A DNA stretch of 64,000 bases from the NCBI GenBank assembly GCA_046563655.1, contig CM102290.1:10602001-10666000 (forward strand), in the 5' to 3' direction. Positions within the stretch are counted from its first letter, which is position 1. Every line of letters starts with the position of its first letter. Shown piece by piece: positions 1-19,395 of this stretch. A program made the position numbers and the translations under genes. This DNA is from Yuukianura sp. NJ FZ-2021 (taxonomy: Eukaryota). The notes under the pieces were generated by a model that worked only from the letters and a program-made list of their open reading frames with translations, had not been told where the DNA came from and searched no databases.

Positions 1-954
1 AACTTGGCCTTTGAAACTACTGGAAATGAAAGTTGGACTTGTGATGATTGTATTGAAGAAAAAGCGAGGAGGGGTTGGTTGGTTTGTTCGATTCTTCCCG
101 CCTTCATTTGATTAGCATATTTTCAAGGGCTTGTTCCTTTGAGTGCTTCCAAAGTTCCAGTTTCATTTGAGGAATCTAAATACGCTTCCAGAACTTTTTT
201 TTTCTTCTACAAGAGATCCAACGATTAGTATCAATTCGACCAATTGATGATTGGTGTATGCAGCGATAGAAAAGAAATGAATTTTGTTCACTTCATTTCA
301 AACGGGAAAAAGTTTATGGTTTGCAGGTTTTGTAGTTTTTTAAGAAAACGTTGGGGCTAGAAAGCGTTCTAGCGAAAAGTAATGTTCTCCAGAATTTCTG
401 CAGGTAGGTTTTTGTTGTTGCTGGAGAAAGTTGGCTGGTTGGAATTGTGGTTAGGCTATGTTAGTGGTTAGGTTAGGTGTGCAGTGTCACGATTGGGAAA
501 GTCTCGGCATGTGGGTGACAGGTTAGGTTGATGTAGTGCACTTCTCTGCCTGGGTTCCAAGAACCGAGTTGTCGATGGGGTTGGATAATTTAGGGGTCGC
601 ATGCTAATGACGGCTCAAAAGATCCTGGATGTTCAAAAACATTTTTTACCGCCAACCTTTCACCAATAAATACACATCGGCGGCAAGGTCTTGAGTTTGA
701 ACAATTCAAATGTACCCGCTACTTTCACCTTACTGGTAATACTGAGCATGTCACATGGAAGTGGCTAAGTTAACTTTCCTGGTTAGTCAATGTCGTAAAT
801 AAACCTAAAACGAAACACTAAATTGCAGTAGTATAATTGTGAACTAATGTCTAATTCTAATCCTAAGCTATCTAACTTGCAGTTGGTTCAAACAGGGACG
901 AACAATGTAACTGTTGGAGGAAATTAATAATCCGAATTTGTTTTTCCGTTTCAG

Positions 955-8751
<7,797 letters not shown>

Positions 8752-9575
8752 TGACTGATCGACCATTGATCAGGCGAAGACCAAAACAATATCAAAGATT
8801 ACATTTTCATCAATTCCCAAAAGTGATACATATTACACTTTGTAGAATAGTGTAAGAAAAGTGGGTCAGGTTACACTTAGAATGCGTTAAGTTAGTTCGC
8901 AGTCTAGATTACGTTTGGATTTTATACTTTGGCAAACTTCTTCAAGTACAATATTTAATTTATTTACTTCAGGTTCATTTTAAACTTAAGTTAGTCTTAT
9001 ATTATGTGTCGCAATCAGTAATGAGGTACACCCACAGCCATAAGTTACCAACATTATGCTAGTTTTTAGTTTTGAATATTCGGGAAAATCCTGACATATT
9101 GTTTTAATTTTAAATTTATCTAGTCTCAAGAAACCGGGAAACTCAATATTTTCATTTCAATTGCGTAAGCTGTTAATTCATTGTCAACCAGGGGTTAAAT
9201 TCGTAACTGTAAATTATCTTGGGATTCAGCATTACTACCTACCATATTTGATGTTTAAGGCCCATTAATTGCTAGTTTCACATAAATTCATAAACGTTGA
9301 AAATCAACATAGTTGGGAATGGATATGAATACAAAATTCGGCGACATACTAGAAAAATAAATAAATATTTTAAGTTTCATTTCCATTTTTCATCCAACCC
9401 TTCACTATTGAACCTTTGTGTTTTCCATAAAAACATAAAACCAAAAAACAACTAAAGTGCTATTTTAGAGTGGCAGCGAGCGATAGTGACAGAAAAAAGC
9501 TTCCGCCTCTCCAAATCAATTGAAAAGACAAAAAAAAAAATAAATAAAGACCTTTTGAAGACTCCAACAGCGAAC

Positions 9576-11258
9576 TTTTTTTTGTGAAATTTGGTCAAAA
9601 TCAGCGGCGAAGAGTTTACCTCTCTATCGCTCTCCGTTCCCGAGATATGAATTTTCCAAGTTTTTGAAAATTAAAATGAAATTTTGAAATTTTATATCTC
9701 GTGAACGGAAAGCGATAGAGATCTAATCTCTTCACGAAAAACTTTCAAAAAGTATGAAGAATTTTTAGGAATATTAAAAACTCCAAAATGGAACATCAAG
9801 TTTTTTGTCAAATTTTGAAAAAAAACATGGACTATAATAGTCCATGGTTTTTTGTGAAATTTCGTCAAAATCTGAGGGTACCTTTTTAAATTTTTTTAAA
9901 ATACTACATATTTTTGTGAATTCAGCGGCGAAGAGTTTACCTCTCTATCGCTCTCCGTTCCCGAGATATGAATTTTCCAAGTTTTTGAAAATTAAAATGA
10001 AATTTTGAAATTTTATATCTCGTGAACGGAAAGCGATAGAGATCTAATCTCTTCACGAAAAACTTTCAAAAAGTATGAAGAATTTTTAGGAATATTAAAA
10101 ACTCCAAAATGGAACATCAAGTTTTTTGTCAAATTTTGAAAAAAACCATGGACTATAGTCCATGGATTTTTGTGAAATTTCGTCAAAATCTGAGGGTACC
10201 TTTTTAAATTTTTTTAAAATACTACATATTTTTGTGAATTCAGCGGCGAAGAGTTTACCTCTCTATCGCTCTCCGTTCCCGAGATATGAATTTTCCAAGT
10301 TTTTGAAAATTAAAATGAAATTTTGAAATTTTATATCTCGTGAACGGAAAGCGATAGAGATCTAATCTCTTCACGAAAAACTTTCAAAAAGTATGAAGAA
10401 TTTTTAGGAATATTAAAAACTCCAAAATGGAACATCAAGTTTTTTGTCAAATTTTGAAAAAAACCATGGACTATAGTCCATGGTTTTTTGTGAAATTTCG
10501 TCAAAATCTGAGGGTACCTTTTTAAATTTTTTTAAAATACTACATATTTTTGTGAATTCAGCGGCGAAGAGTTTACCTCTCTATCGCTCTCCGTTCCCGA
10601 GATATGAATTTTCCAAGTTTTTGAAAATTAAAATGAAATTTTGAAATTTTATATCTCGTGAACGGAAAGCGATAGAGATCTAATCTCTTCACGAAAAACT
10701 TTCAAAAAGTATGAAAAATTTTTAGGAATATTAAAAACTCCAAAATGGAACATCAAGTTTTTTGTCAAATTTTGAAAAAAACCATGGACTATAGTCCATG
10801 GTTTTTTGTGAAATTTCGTCAAAATCTGAGGGTACCTTTTTAAAATTTATAAAAATACTACATATTTTTGTGAATTCAGCGGCGAAGAGTTTACCTCTCT
10901 ATCGCTCTCCGTTCCCGAGATATGAATTTTCCAAGTTTTTGAAAATTAAAATGAAATTTTGAAATTTTATATCTCGTGAACGGAAAGCGATAGAGATCTA
11001 ATCTCTTCACGAAAAACTTTCAAAAAGTATGAAGAATTTTTAGGAATATTAAAAACTCCAAAATGGAACATCAAGTTTTTTGTCAAATTTTGAAAAAAAC
11101 CATGGACTATAGTCCATGGTTTTTTGTGAAATTTCGTCAAAATCTGAGGGTACCTTTTTAAATTTTTTTAAAATACTACATATTTTTGTGAATTCAGGAG
11201 TGAAGAGTTTACCTCTCTATCACCTTCCGTTCCCGAGATATGAATTTTCGAAATTTTT
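9576..11258. repeat. Tandem array, 318-bp unit, about 5.3 copies; each unit is built from two inverted diverged halves
   Basis: Anchor TCAG(CG)G..GAAGAGTTTACCTCTCTATC recurs at 9601, 9922, 10240, 10558, 10876, 11194 (spacing 321, 318, 318, 318, 318). Copies are nearly identical. Units contain the palindrome AAAAAACCATGGACTATAGTCCATGGTTTTTT (perfect in three copies) and the inverted pair CTCTCTATCGCTCTCCGTTCCCGAGATAT / ATATCTCGTGAACGGAAAGCGATAGAGA. Confidence 0.97.
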
Positions 11259-12321
11259 ATGGATTCTGTAACCTTTTCAAAACTTTTATTTATGGCAACT
11301 TATATGGTGGGAAATGTTGTTTAGCATCTAGAACAGAGCGTTTCTCTAACCACAATTAGATCGAAGATGAATTGGATTGATTGAATTTTGGTCATTTTCA
11401 TTGTGTTTTATTCAGCTGTAACATCAGATGCAAGCACCAAAAGCTCGTAGTCAATATAGTTTCAAATTTCAAATTAAGCTCTTATAGCTAAATAGGCCCA
11501 ACCTTAGCAAAGTAATAAGTTCAACAATTCCACTTAACTTTAAATAATTAATTGAACGCTTAACCTGATTAAAATTGACTTGACCTGTTTAACTTTTCAT
11601 TACGAGGAACTGCTTGCTCTATCCAATACGAGGGAGGGAATGACATAAAAACAATTGTACATCGGTGTTAGCTTCGCTTTCGAACTTCCCAAGTAATTCA
11701 TTTACCCTTTTCCCTAACTTTCCGTACTAAGCAGGTTACTTATATTAACACCTAAGACAAAAAAGTATCCGTGAATTGATGAAATATGGAGCCATGCTAA
11801 CTAAATCAGTTTAAGGACAAAGATCAATCCTTACTATTTAACGAAGTCTGGTACAGTAAAACACAAAAATAGCCAATCAGGGAAGGTATCTCCTATTGTC
11901 AAAGTTTGAATTTAGACGGTAATTTGGTAACTATGCACATTAAAATCTTATGTTATCGGTCCTTTTTTGCAAGCAGAGTTAAATTAATTTAAAAAAATTA
12001 CTGAAAGCCTGCTGTTAAGTAAACTTCGGTAACGGCGAGTGATTTAAGTTTTAAAAATACTCATGAATGACCATGATGAATAAAATCCTAAGAATTTTTG
12101 TTTGAATTTAAATTACGTGGTAGTGGAAGTAGGCACTTCCTGCAAGTACAAGTGGCAAGTACATGTCTAATAAAGCAGAGAACTTTGGCTCAACTTTGAA
12201 TTTATGCTAATTTTGTGAAGTGAAGTCTTTGAATGCTTCCAACAGTGAAGATTAAGTACTCGAAATTTCGACTGGTGTTTGCTAAACAGATTTCTTTGGC
12301 ATTGTTCCACCTCTGCATTTT

Positions 12322-15300
12322 TTATTCTCCAAGTAGAGCAATCAGAGCCTTCTTGTAGTCTCCGCTAGTCTCCGACTGAAAAAAAGAAAAAGCAAAATTA
12401 TGCATTTTAAAAACACAAATTAATAAAAGAGTTAGACAGTAACTAATTCTGACAGCGGCTAAATCCAGGAGGCAACCTATGACGCCCATTTTTTTTTTCA
12501 AACGGGCGGTAGTAAATATGGGTGGAAAACTTTTTTTGGATATTGAGTTTGACCTTGGGGTCACCCCCTGCCGGTGGAGGCATCTCAAATTTTGAAAACA
12601 GGGTCCTCGCGCGGGGGTCACCTTACTTAAAAATTTACCTAAAATTAACAAGTCATAACAGTGTCTCATAACGCAGTTTTAGTTCAACGTTCAAGGAACA
12701 ATAGTAAAAGTTAAAATTAATAAGTTAAGAAGCGTTAATTAAATAAGTTAATTAACCAATCGGAACAATTTTCACAGGAGACGTTAATTAGCGTTCGATG
12801 AATACACAAAATCAGTCGTAAGTGTTGAAAATTTGAAAAATAACGCCCTCCCCAGGAGATATACATCGATATAAATCGATGTATAATCGGAGATATAAAT
12901 CGATGTACTCGATTTTGCCGCTTTCAGAAATACTTCAGAAATACAGAAATACAAAAATTGCAGAAATACAGAAGAATAATTGCCTAAATATCGGCAGTTA
13001 CTTACGGCAATTGCTGCTGACAAACTCTTGTTGTAGTTACGCTGGTATTCCTCTTTGATGTTTTGCATATCAATTTCACAGCGAGTGGCCATGATGAAAA
13101 TCAAATCATCATCTGCGAATCAGTAAAAAATCGTTAGTCAATTTAAACCATATTCATTCACAATCAATTACAAAATAAAATTGACTTATACCTTGTGTTC
13201 CAAATCCAGCGAACGACTCGTGAAGACGAGAAGCGAAGTAGGCAGCTCTGTTCTTGGCGCAAGCCACGACAGCTTTCAATCCCGCTGCAATGTCACCTGA
13301 AACCAAGGAAATCAAATAGTAATATAAAACGTAGCTGAAGTTGACACGGGAATAGAACAAGGAAAAAAAAACACTAATGTGTATTATGCTTTGCACAAAC
13401 CTGAAAATTCGTTTTCAATGACCTTCTCAAAGGATTGTCCATAAGTACGTTCATATTCATGAAACACAAGGCGTAGGTGCTGGAATGATCTCAAACACAA
13501 AATCTGATTGAACGTGGCTTCATCAGTTCCAATTTTGTTCACGCCTGAATAATGAATTCATTCTTAGAAAAGAGATACTGAATCACACAAACCTCAGTAA
13601 TGTACATGTGTAAATGTTTACCGGCATTATATAGAGCTTGTGCATCAGTGATAGCCATGGCCTGGTCCGCTGGTTGAGATTCCATGCGCCCGGCATTTGC
13701 AACGGACACCAAAAGACGACGGAAGTGTCCACTAGTGTCCCCAGACAAGTCACGTTCCAAATGACGACCGTAAACTAGAAGTTTTGAAAGAAAAATAATA
13801 AAATTGCAAGTAACACTAACTGTAGATTTGTGATAACAACAGGATTCGACTTACGTCGTGCATAAGATGCAGAAATCAAACGAATCTCTTCGTTCGTAGC
13901 CGTGCATAGAATATCAACCAATGACCGCTCTTTCTGGAAATACAGCAACAAGTAGAATTCAGACTTTTAGTACAAAAGTAAAAGTAATAGAGAAAAATCA
14001 CTCACTGTTCCGATTCCAGAAATTGCTTTATGAAGCGTCATTGCCAGAAAATCAAAGCGTGGGGTCATTAGTGCCAAAATGACGTCTTCAAATCTTCCAC
14101 CCAGCTCACTATAACATTCAACAATTTTTTTTTCGAATCCCCCATAATAGAAAAAGTCATGAAAATTATACTTTGGTTCATTTGATAACTTACCTCTTCA
14201 AGTCTTTGATGAGGTCCTGGAAGAAAAAATGTTTATTATGTTTCGGCAAAAAATGAAGACAATGTGTCTCTTATTTTTATATTTTTACAACTTAAAAATC
14301 ACCTTTCCAAAACTTGTCTTGAAAGCATTTGCGATTTGAAGACGTTGGGCATTTGTTCGTCGACAAATCACTCTCAAAATCGCAGCTTCATCTGTTCCAA
14401 ATCCTACAAAATGAAACCAAGCGTTAGGATAACCGCCAGAAAACTCAAAAATAATAACCAAAAATGAAACTACCTTTCATAGCATTCCGAAGAACTTGGG
14501 CATCTCCCGCCGGATCAAAATGTCCTAGCGTGATGGTCGGTCTTTCCACGTACGGTTGCATCCTCTGGGCAGTTGCTACTCCGCCTGTATTGGCACCGTG
14601 TGGTTGCGCCCCGTATGAGTGAGCCTGAGTCTGTGCAAAAACATGTTACATTGGTCATTATGTAGAAACGTCGGAGGGAGTTGTGTCTTAATTCTGAACT
14701 TACAGGGGTAAATTGTTGAGTAGGGTAGGCCGAATGCTGTTGTTGTGGATACGCCGCCCCAGTTGTAGCAGTAGAGCCGTAGCCTGGTCCTGAAGGTGGG
14801 TACGCCGAAGGTTGGGATGGCGGTGCAGCACTTGTTCCAAACGCAGTACTCGGGTAGATTGGTTGCGAATGAGCTGGAGATGGGTAGCCTCCTGTCGGCT
14901 GAGCAGGTCCTGGAGGGTATCCCCCGTACCCCGAAGTAGGTGGCGGTTGTGCTGGGGGGTATGCTCCTACAGACGCTGGATTTGGCACTGGCGGATAGCT
15001 TCCTTGTGGATTTGGATTATATCCAGAGGTCGGTTGCGGGTATCCTCCTGGCTGAGGAGCTTGTGGGTAACTTGGCTGGCTTGCGGGGTAGGCTGGTTGA
15101 CTTGGCGGATAGCCCGGGTAGCCTCCTCCAGATCCCGGAAGTTGCGGTGGGTAAGCTCCAGTAGGTTGCGATGGGTAGGGAGATTGGTTTGGTGCGAAAC
15201 CGGGTCCTCCAGATGGTTGAACTGGATATGGGAGTCCGCCTGGAGCTTGACCTGGATAAGGTGGAACTCCTCCCTGCAAATTGTGCAAAAATCCATATTT

Positions 15301-15571
15301 TTCATTTCCATTGTCCATTGCGTGATAAACTCAAAAATTCATTATCTTTCATTGCACAAAATAGTTTGTCCTCTAAAAAATAAGAACGTCGTTCCAAATT
15401 CCATCATTCCATGTGCTCTCACTTATTACAATTGCAAGTACAAATGTGTAGTGGAATAGGAGAAATAAAAAAAATGTTTTACGATTCATATGGATGTGTT
15501 ACCTGTTGTCCAAAATTTGAAGTAAATCCGATGTTCTGGGGTGGTTGATTTCCGTACTGGTTCGGGTACAT
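12322..15571 (-). CDS. Annexin with long Pro/Gly/Tyr/Gln-rich N-terminus (annexin B11 / A7 / A11-like), 554 aa, 12 coding exons
   Basis: Minus-strand exons 15571-15503, 15273-14704, 14630-14474, 14403-14303, 14216-14194, 14108-14006, 13933-13855, 13774-13622, 13544-13401, 13296-13192, 13112-13006, 12375-12322 sum to 1665 nt with matching phases. Starts [11 protein letters not shown]. Four annexin repeats: [84 protein letters not shown]. Confidence 0.95.
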
Positions 15572-17866
15572 ATCTAGTAAAATAGCACAGGAGTAAAGCA
15601 CAATTTAGAAACACAATTTAGACTTTTTACAAAACTACAAAAATTAATACTCTTATCAATGCTAACAATCTGAATCTGAGTAAAATGTTCAATCCTCTTG
15701 AACGTTATAAAGAGCAGAGGACAGACGCCACTGGCTCTTGTTAGGCCTCGATGTATTAGTCACGAAAAAAAACAACAACACGTTATTGAAGTGTTGACGT
15801 CAAAGATTGAAAGATGACAAGGTAGATACGACGAATCTACAAGTGCCAAAGAGTGAACGTAAAACGATGTTACTCACCCTACGCCTCCATTCTCAATTTT
15901 AAATGGGTGTTGGCCAACAGAAGATCTTAATATACGGGTTAAACTTTCTCTTTCTACTTATTACGTACGGTAGAACGAGAACTTGCTGATGCTGAGTCAC
16001 GAACAGTCAAATTGAGAACATAATTTAGCCCCAGACTGTTTCGTGGAAATCCTACAGTTTCACTTCATCTGCGCCAGTCGCAGTCGCGAAAGTTAACAAA
16101 AAAAAAAGCTTTCTCTGGCGGATGCTGCAGTATGAACAAAAAACTGGACCATGGCAACAGCAAAAAATGTTTACAAACAATGCCATCTTGGGATTAGATT
16201 TGGGATGCGCAGTTCTATGGTAACATCGAAAGTATGCTGACAAATCTTCATGTCACCTTTGACCTTTTGAACCGGGTAGTATTCTTCAAGGTCACATCAG
16301 CGTTTGTTAATTTTAAATTGTCACACTTGAAACTAGGGAAAATGGATACGAGAATTAACCACCGGGTACACAACGCCATTTGAACCTTGTTGATATCAGT
16401 AAAAACAACGTAATTGTTCCATTTCGTGTCACGGATGCCGAATGTTCGCACCTATCTGTGGTTAGCTGACGCTGTGGGGAATGATTGGTTTTTACTAATT
16501 AGTATATGACGTCAGTGATAATAAACAGCTCAAGTCTCGACTGGTGTCTGGACCACAAATTTAAAAAACCTTGAATTAGATCCTGATTTAAATCCGTGGA
16601 TTAATTCATAGTGACCGGAAATACAGCTACACAATTTTAGTGAACGAACGCTAAAAATTCAATTTGGTGAGGGAGGATGGATAAATTTTAGAAAACAGAA
16701 AAACTCGTTAGCGGTTTTAAAGTTTGCCAGGTATTGTTTTCTGTGAAGAATTTTACCTATATCACAGAACTTTATGCTTTCAATCGATACGAACCAAATT
16801 ACAACAATTTTTCCAGCAAATTTGTTAAGGGTATTTCAACTCTATTTTTTGAGTTTGCGGAAAAAAAGACAATTCATTCGTTGGATTTGAGGTTGAGGCT
16901 TTGCTACATGATGGTGACATCAACACCGAAACTTCTAATGATTGGTTTGCAGTTTCCTGTCGTTATTACATCCATCTTTTTGCAACTAAAAATATAAACT
17001 GTTGCATAAAATCAGGATTGTTCAGGAATCAGGAACCTAACTAACACAGTAAATTTCATGCTCTAAAGAAACGTACTTAAACGAACATTGTTCATGTTCC
17101 TGGGAAATGCTCACAAAGTAATACAGAAGTCTTCATACTTAGAGCTATAACTAAATATTCCCAATATACTAATTTAACCAATCAACTTAAACGTATAAGT
17201 TTGTATATCCTGAAGTCTCTCCATTTATGAAATTCATGGAAGGCATATTTCATAATGAATGAATTGGGAACAACGAACAAGCCAGTAATTTTGCTGCAAC
17301 GGAAATTCTAACCAACTTCTACGTACTAGTTTCCTTGATGCAATTGCATGATTTGAAACGCCGGATTAATTAATTCACCACAAAAGCAAAATGATCCTAG
17401 TAAATAAGTTTCACACAAGTTTTGTACATGCAGTAAGGAGCAGGACAAATTTACACGCCTACCACACTCAAAGTACATTAACCTTACTCTATCCATAGCA
17501 TAGGTGGAACGCAGAATTGATGCGCGTTAAATTTAATAGCAAAATGACGCAACTTCTTCAGGTTTTGTGAATTTTTAACATGGCGACAGATAACTAATTA
17601 TGCTCGATCGCGCAGATTCCCTATTAATGCAAAAACACAACATGTCAACGGTATGCACCAACGTAAACTTGAAACATAAATAACCAAACCTGAAACTTAA
17701 CTGACTAACCTAGGATGGATTAATTTATTGCGAGCATAACCTATGGTATTAGGCAATACTAACTAAATATTACCGCACCATCACATCACAACCACTCAGC
17801 TGATTTACCAACATGTTATCGGTTGCTATCCGCACTTATCGAATGATCTAACTCCTTTGACAATTC

Positions 17867-18034
17867 GGTTGGATCCTAGAAACGCAGTCTGTCTTTCTTT
17901 TAGTGCGAGTTAGGTTATCAAATCAGGACACAGTGCACGGTGTTGCAGGTGAGTGTGCCGTGCACTATGTCCTGATTTGATAACCTAACTAAAAGAACTA
18001 AAAGAAAAACAGACTGCGTTTCTAGGATCCAACC
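17867..18034. mobile_element. 168-bp foldback MITE with GG termini and 8-bp target-site duplication (Merlin-like)
   Basis: Arms GGTTGGATCCTAGAAACGCAGTCTGT...AGTTAGGTTATCAAATCAGGACACAGTGCACGG and CCGTGCACTATGTCCTGATTTGATAACCTAACT...ACAGACTGCGTTTCTAGGATCCAACC pair over most of the length. Direct repeat GACAATTC at 17859-17866 and 18035-18042. Confidence 0.85.
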
Positions 18035-18711
18035 GACAATTCCTTTCATCTGATCTCTTTGTATTAATTCCATTCAGAATTTGATTTTAATTAACTAAAT
18101 CGCGATTGAAACAAACAATGAGTACTCACTTGCTGCTGATTGGTTCGACTTCGTAGTAGTATCTTAATCGTTCGTAGGCTAGTGAAGGTCACCAGAAAGC
18201 GTCTACCCGACTGCCACTCCTTGTCCGTTGCCCGTGCTGTTCCTTAACGAGGAAAGACCCGTTGTCCTAATTGCTGTAATTAAAACAAACAAACTGGAAA
18301 CAAACGGTGGAGTATCACTTGGCTCCGGCTAAACTGCAATGTTTTTTCGCCTTCCTGCATTACGAAACATCTGGAGTGCCACGTAGTGCAAGAGTATTGC
18401 GCAATGTCAATTGGGTTTTCAAACCTCACGATTCAGAAATAGAATGCCACTATTTTCAACATTTCACTGGAATGGAAGTTCATAAATTCAATTTCAACAA
18501 ACTATTATATTTATTTATATTAATTTTACCTAGAATAGAAACAGTAAAATCCAAATACAAATTTAATTATCACCTTTCTTAACTATTGACGAATTCTGTT
18601 TCTGGTTTTGTAATTTGTAAATTGCCATTCCTCGTTTTTGTTGCTCCTACTTTTCAAAACAAAGAATTTGAATTTGGCGCCATAGCTTTTAACGCTGTCA
18701 ACTATCAAGTA

Positions 18712-19395
18712 CCTATTTCACGGCGTATAGGTCGCACTCGCGTATAGGTCGCACCCTTCTATAATGTGTTGGGTATAAAATAGCTGAAATTGGGCCAAAT
18801 TTGGAACAGGGCGAACAGTGGTGGTGTGTAACCCTTGCACTTGCTTTTTAATTATGGTTAAGATACGACGCGACACTGACAAAATCCTATCTTTCCATTT
18901 AAAAAAAAATACTGAAGATTTTCAAGATAATCAATCAGTGAGGATATTTTCATTGAAAGGGAAAGAAAATACACATCAGAAGTCGGACACCGCTGGCTGC
19001 AAGAATCAGTTGCAGATATGATTCCAGTTGAATTTGAAATTCAACTGGAACGTTTACGCCAACTTTTAATTTTCAATTTTAATTTTCAATTGCATGCAAA
19101 CGAGTGCAGGAAATAGGAAATAGGAAAGCAGCTACTGAATCCGACGTGTCTGAGAAAAGCGCTCGAGACTGGCTGAAAATGTCAACTGTTTGGACAATAT
19201 TGGACAACAAAGGATAGTCTCTCAGGAAAGTAGCGGTAAAATCGGCATGAAATAATTGTTGATCAGGACTCGGATGAAGAAATAACGGTTTCTAGAATAT
19301 TGGTTTGGAGGATTGAGGACGTTTTCTCAGTTTCTGATTTCCTGTTGGGCCAGAAAAACATCAGATAAGCCGCGACTTATACGCCGTGAAATAGG
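18712..19395 (+). mobile_element. Internally deleted pogo/Tc2-type (Tc1-mariner superfamily) DNA transposon, 684 bp
   Basis: TIRs CCTATTTCACGGCGTATAGGTCGC and GCGACTTATACGCCGTGAAATAGG (one mismatch in 24), TA on both flanks (18710-18711, 19396-19397), subterminal GCGTATAGGTCGCAC duplication. Relic frame at 19116-19181 reads GNRKAATESDVSEKSARDWLKM, resembling the N-terminal HTH (Brinker-type) of pogo transposases. Confidence 0.85.

Noticed and set aside
9576..11258. CRISPR-like reading of the regularly spaced palindromes
   Set aside because: Intervening sequences are near-identical rather than unique spacers, the period is 318 bp, there are no cas genes and the context is eukaryotic.
14812..15459. 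215-aa Trp/Arg-rich plus-strand ORF
   Set aside because: Antisense shadow of the Pro-rich annexin exon.
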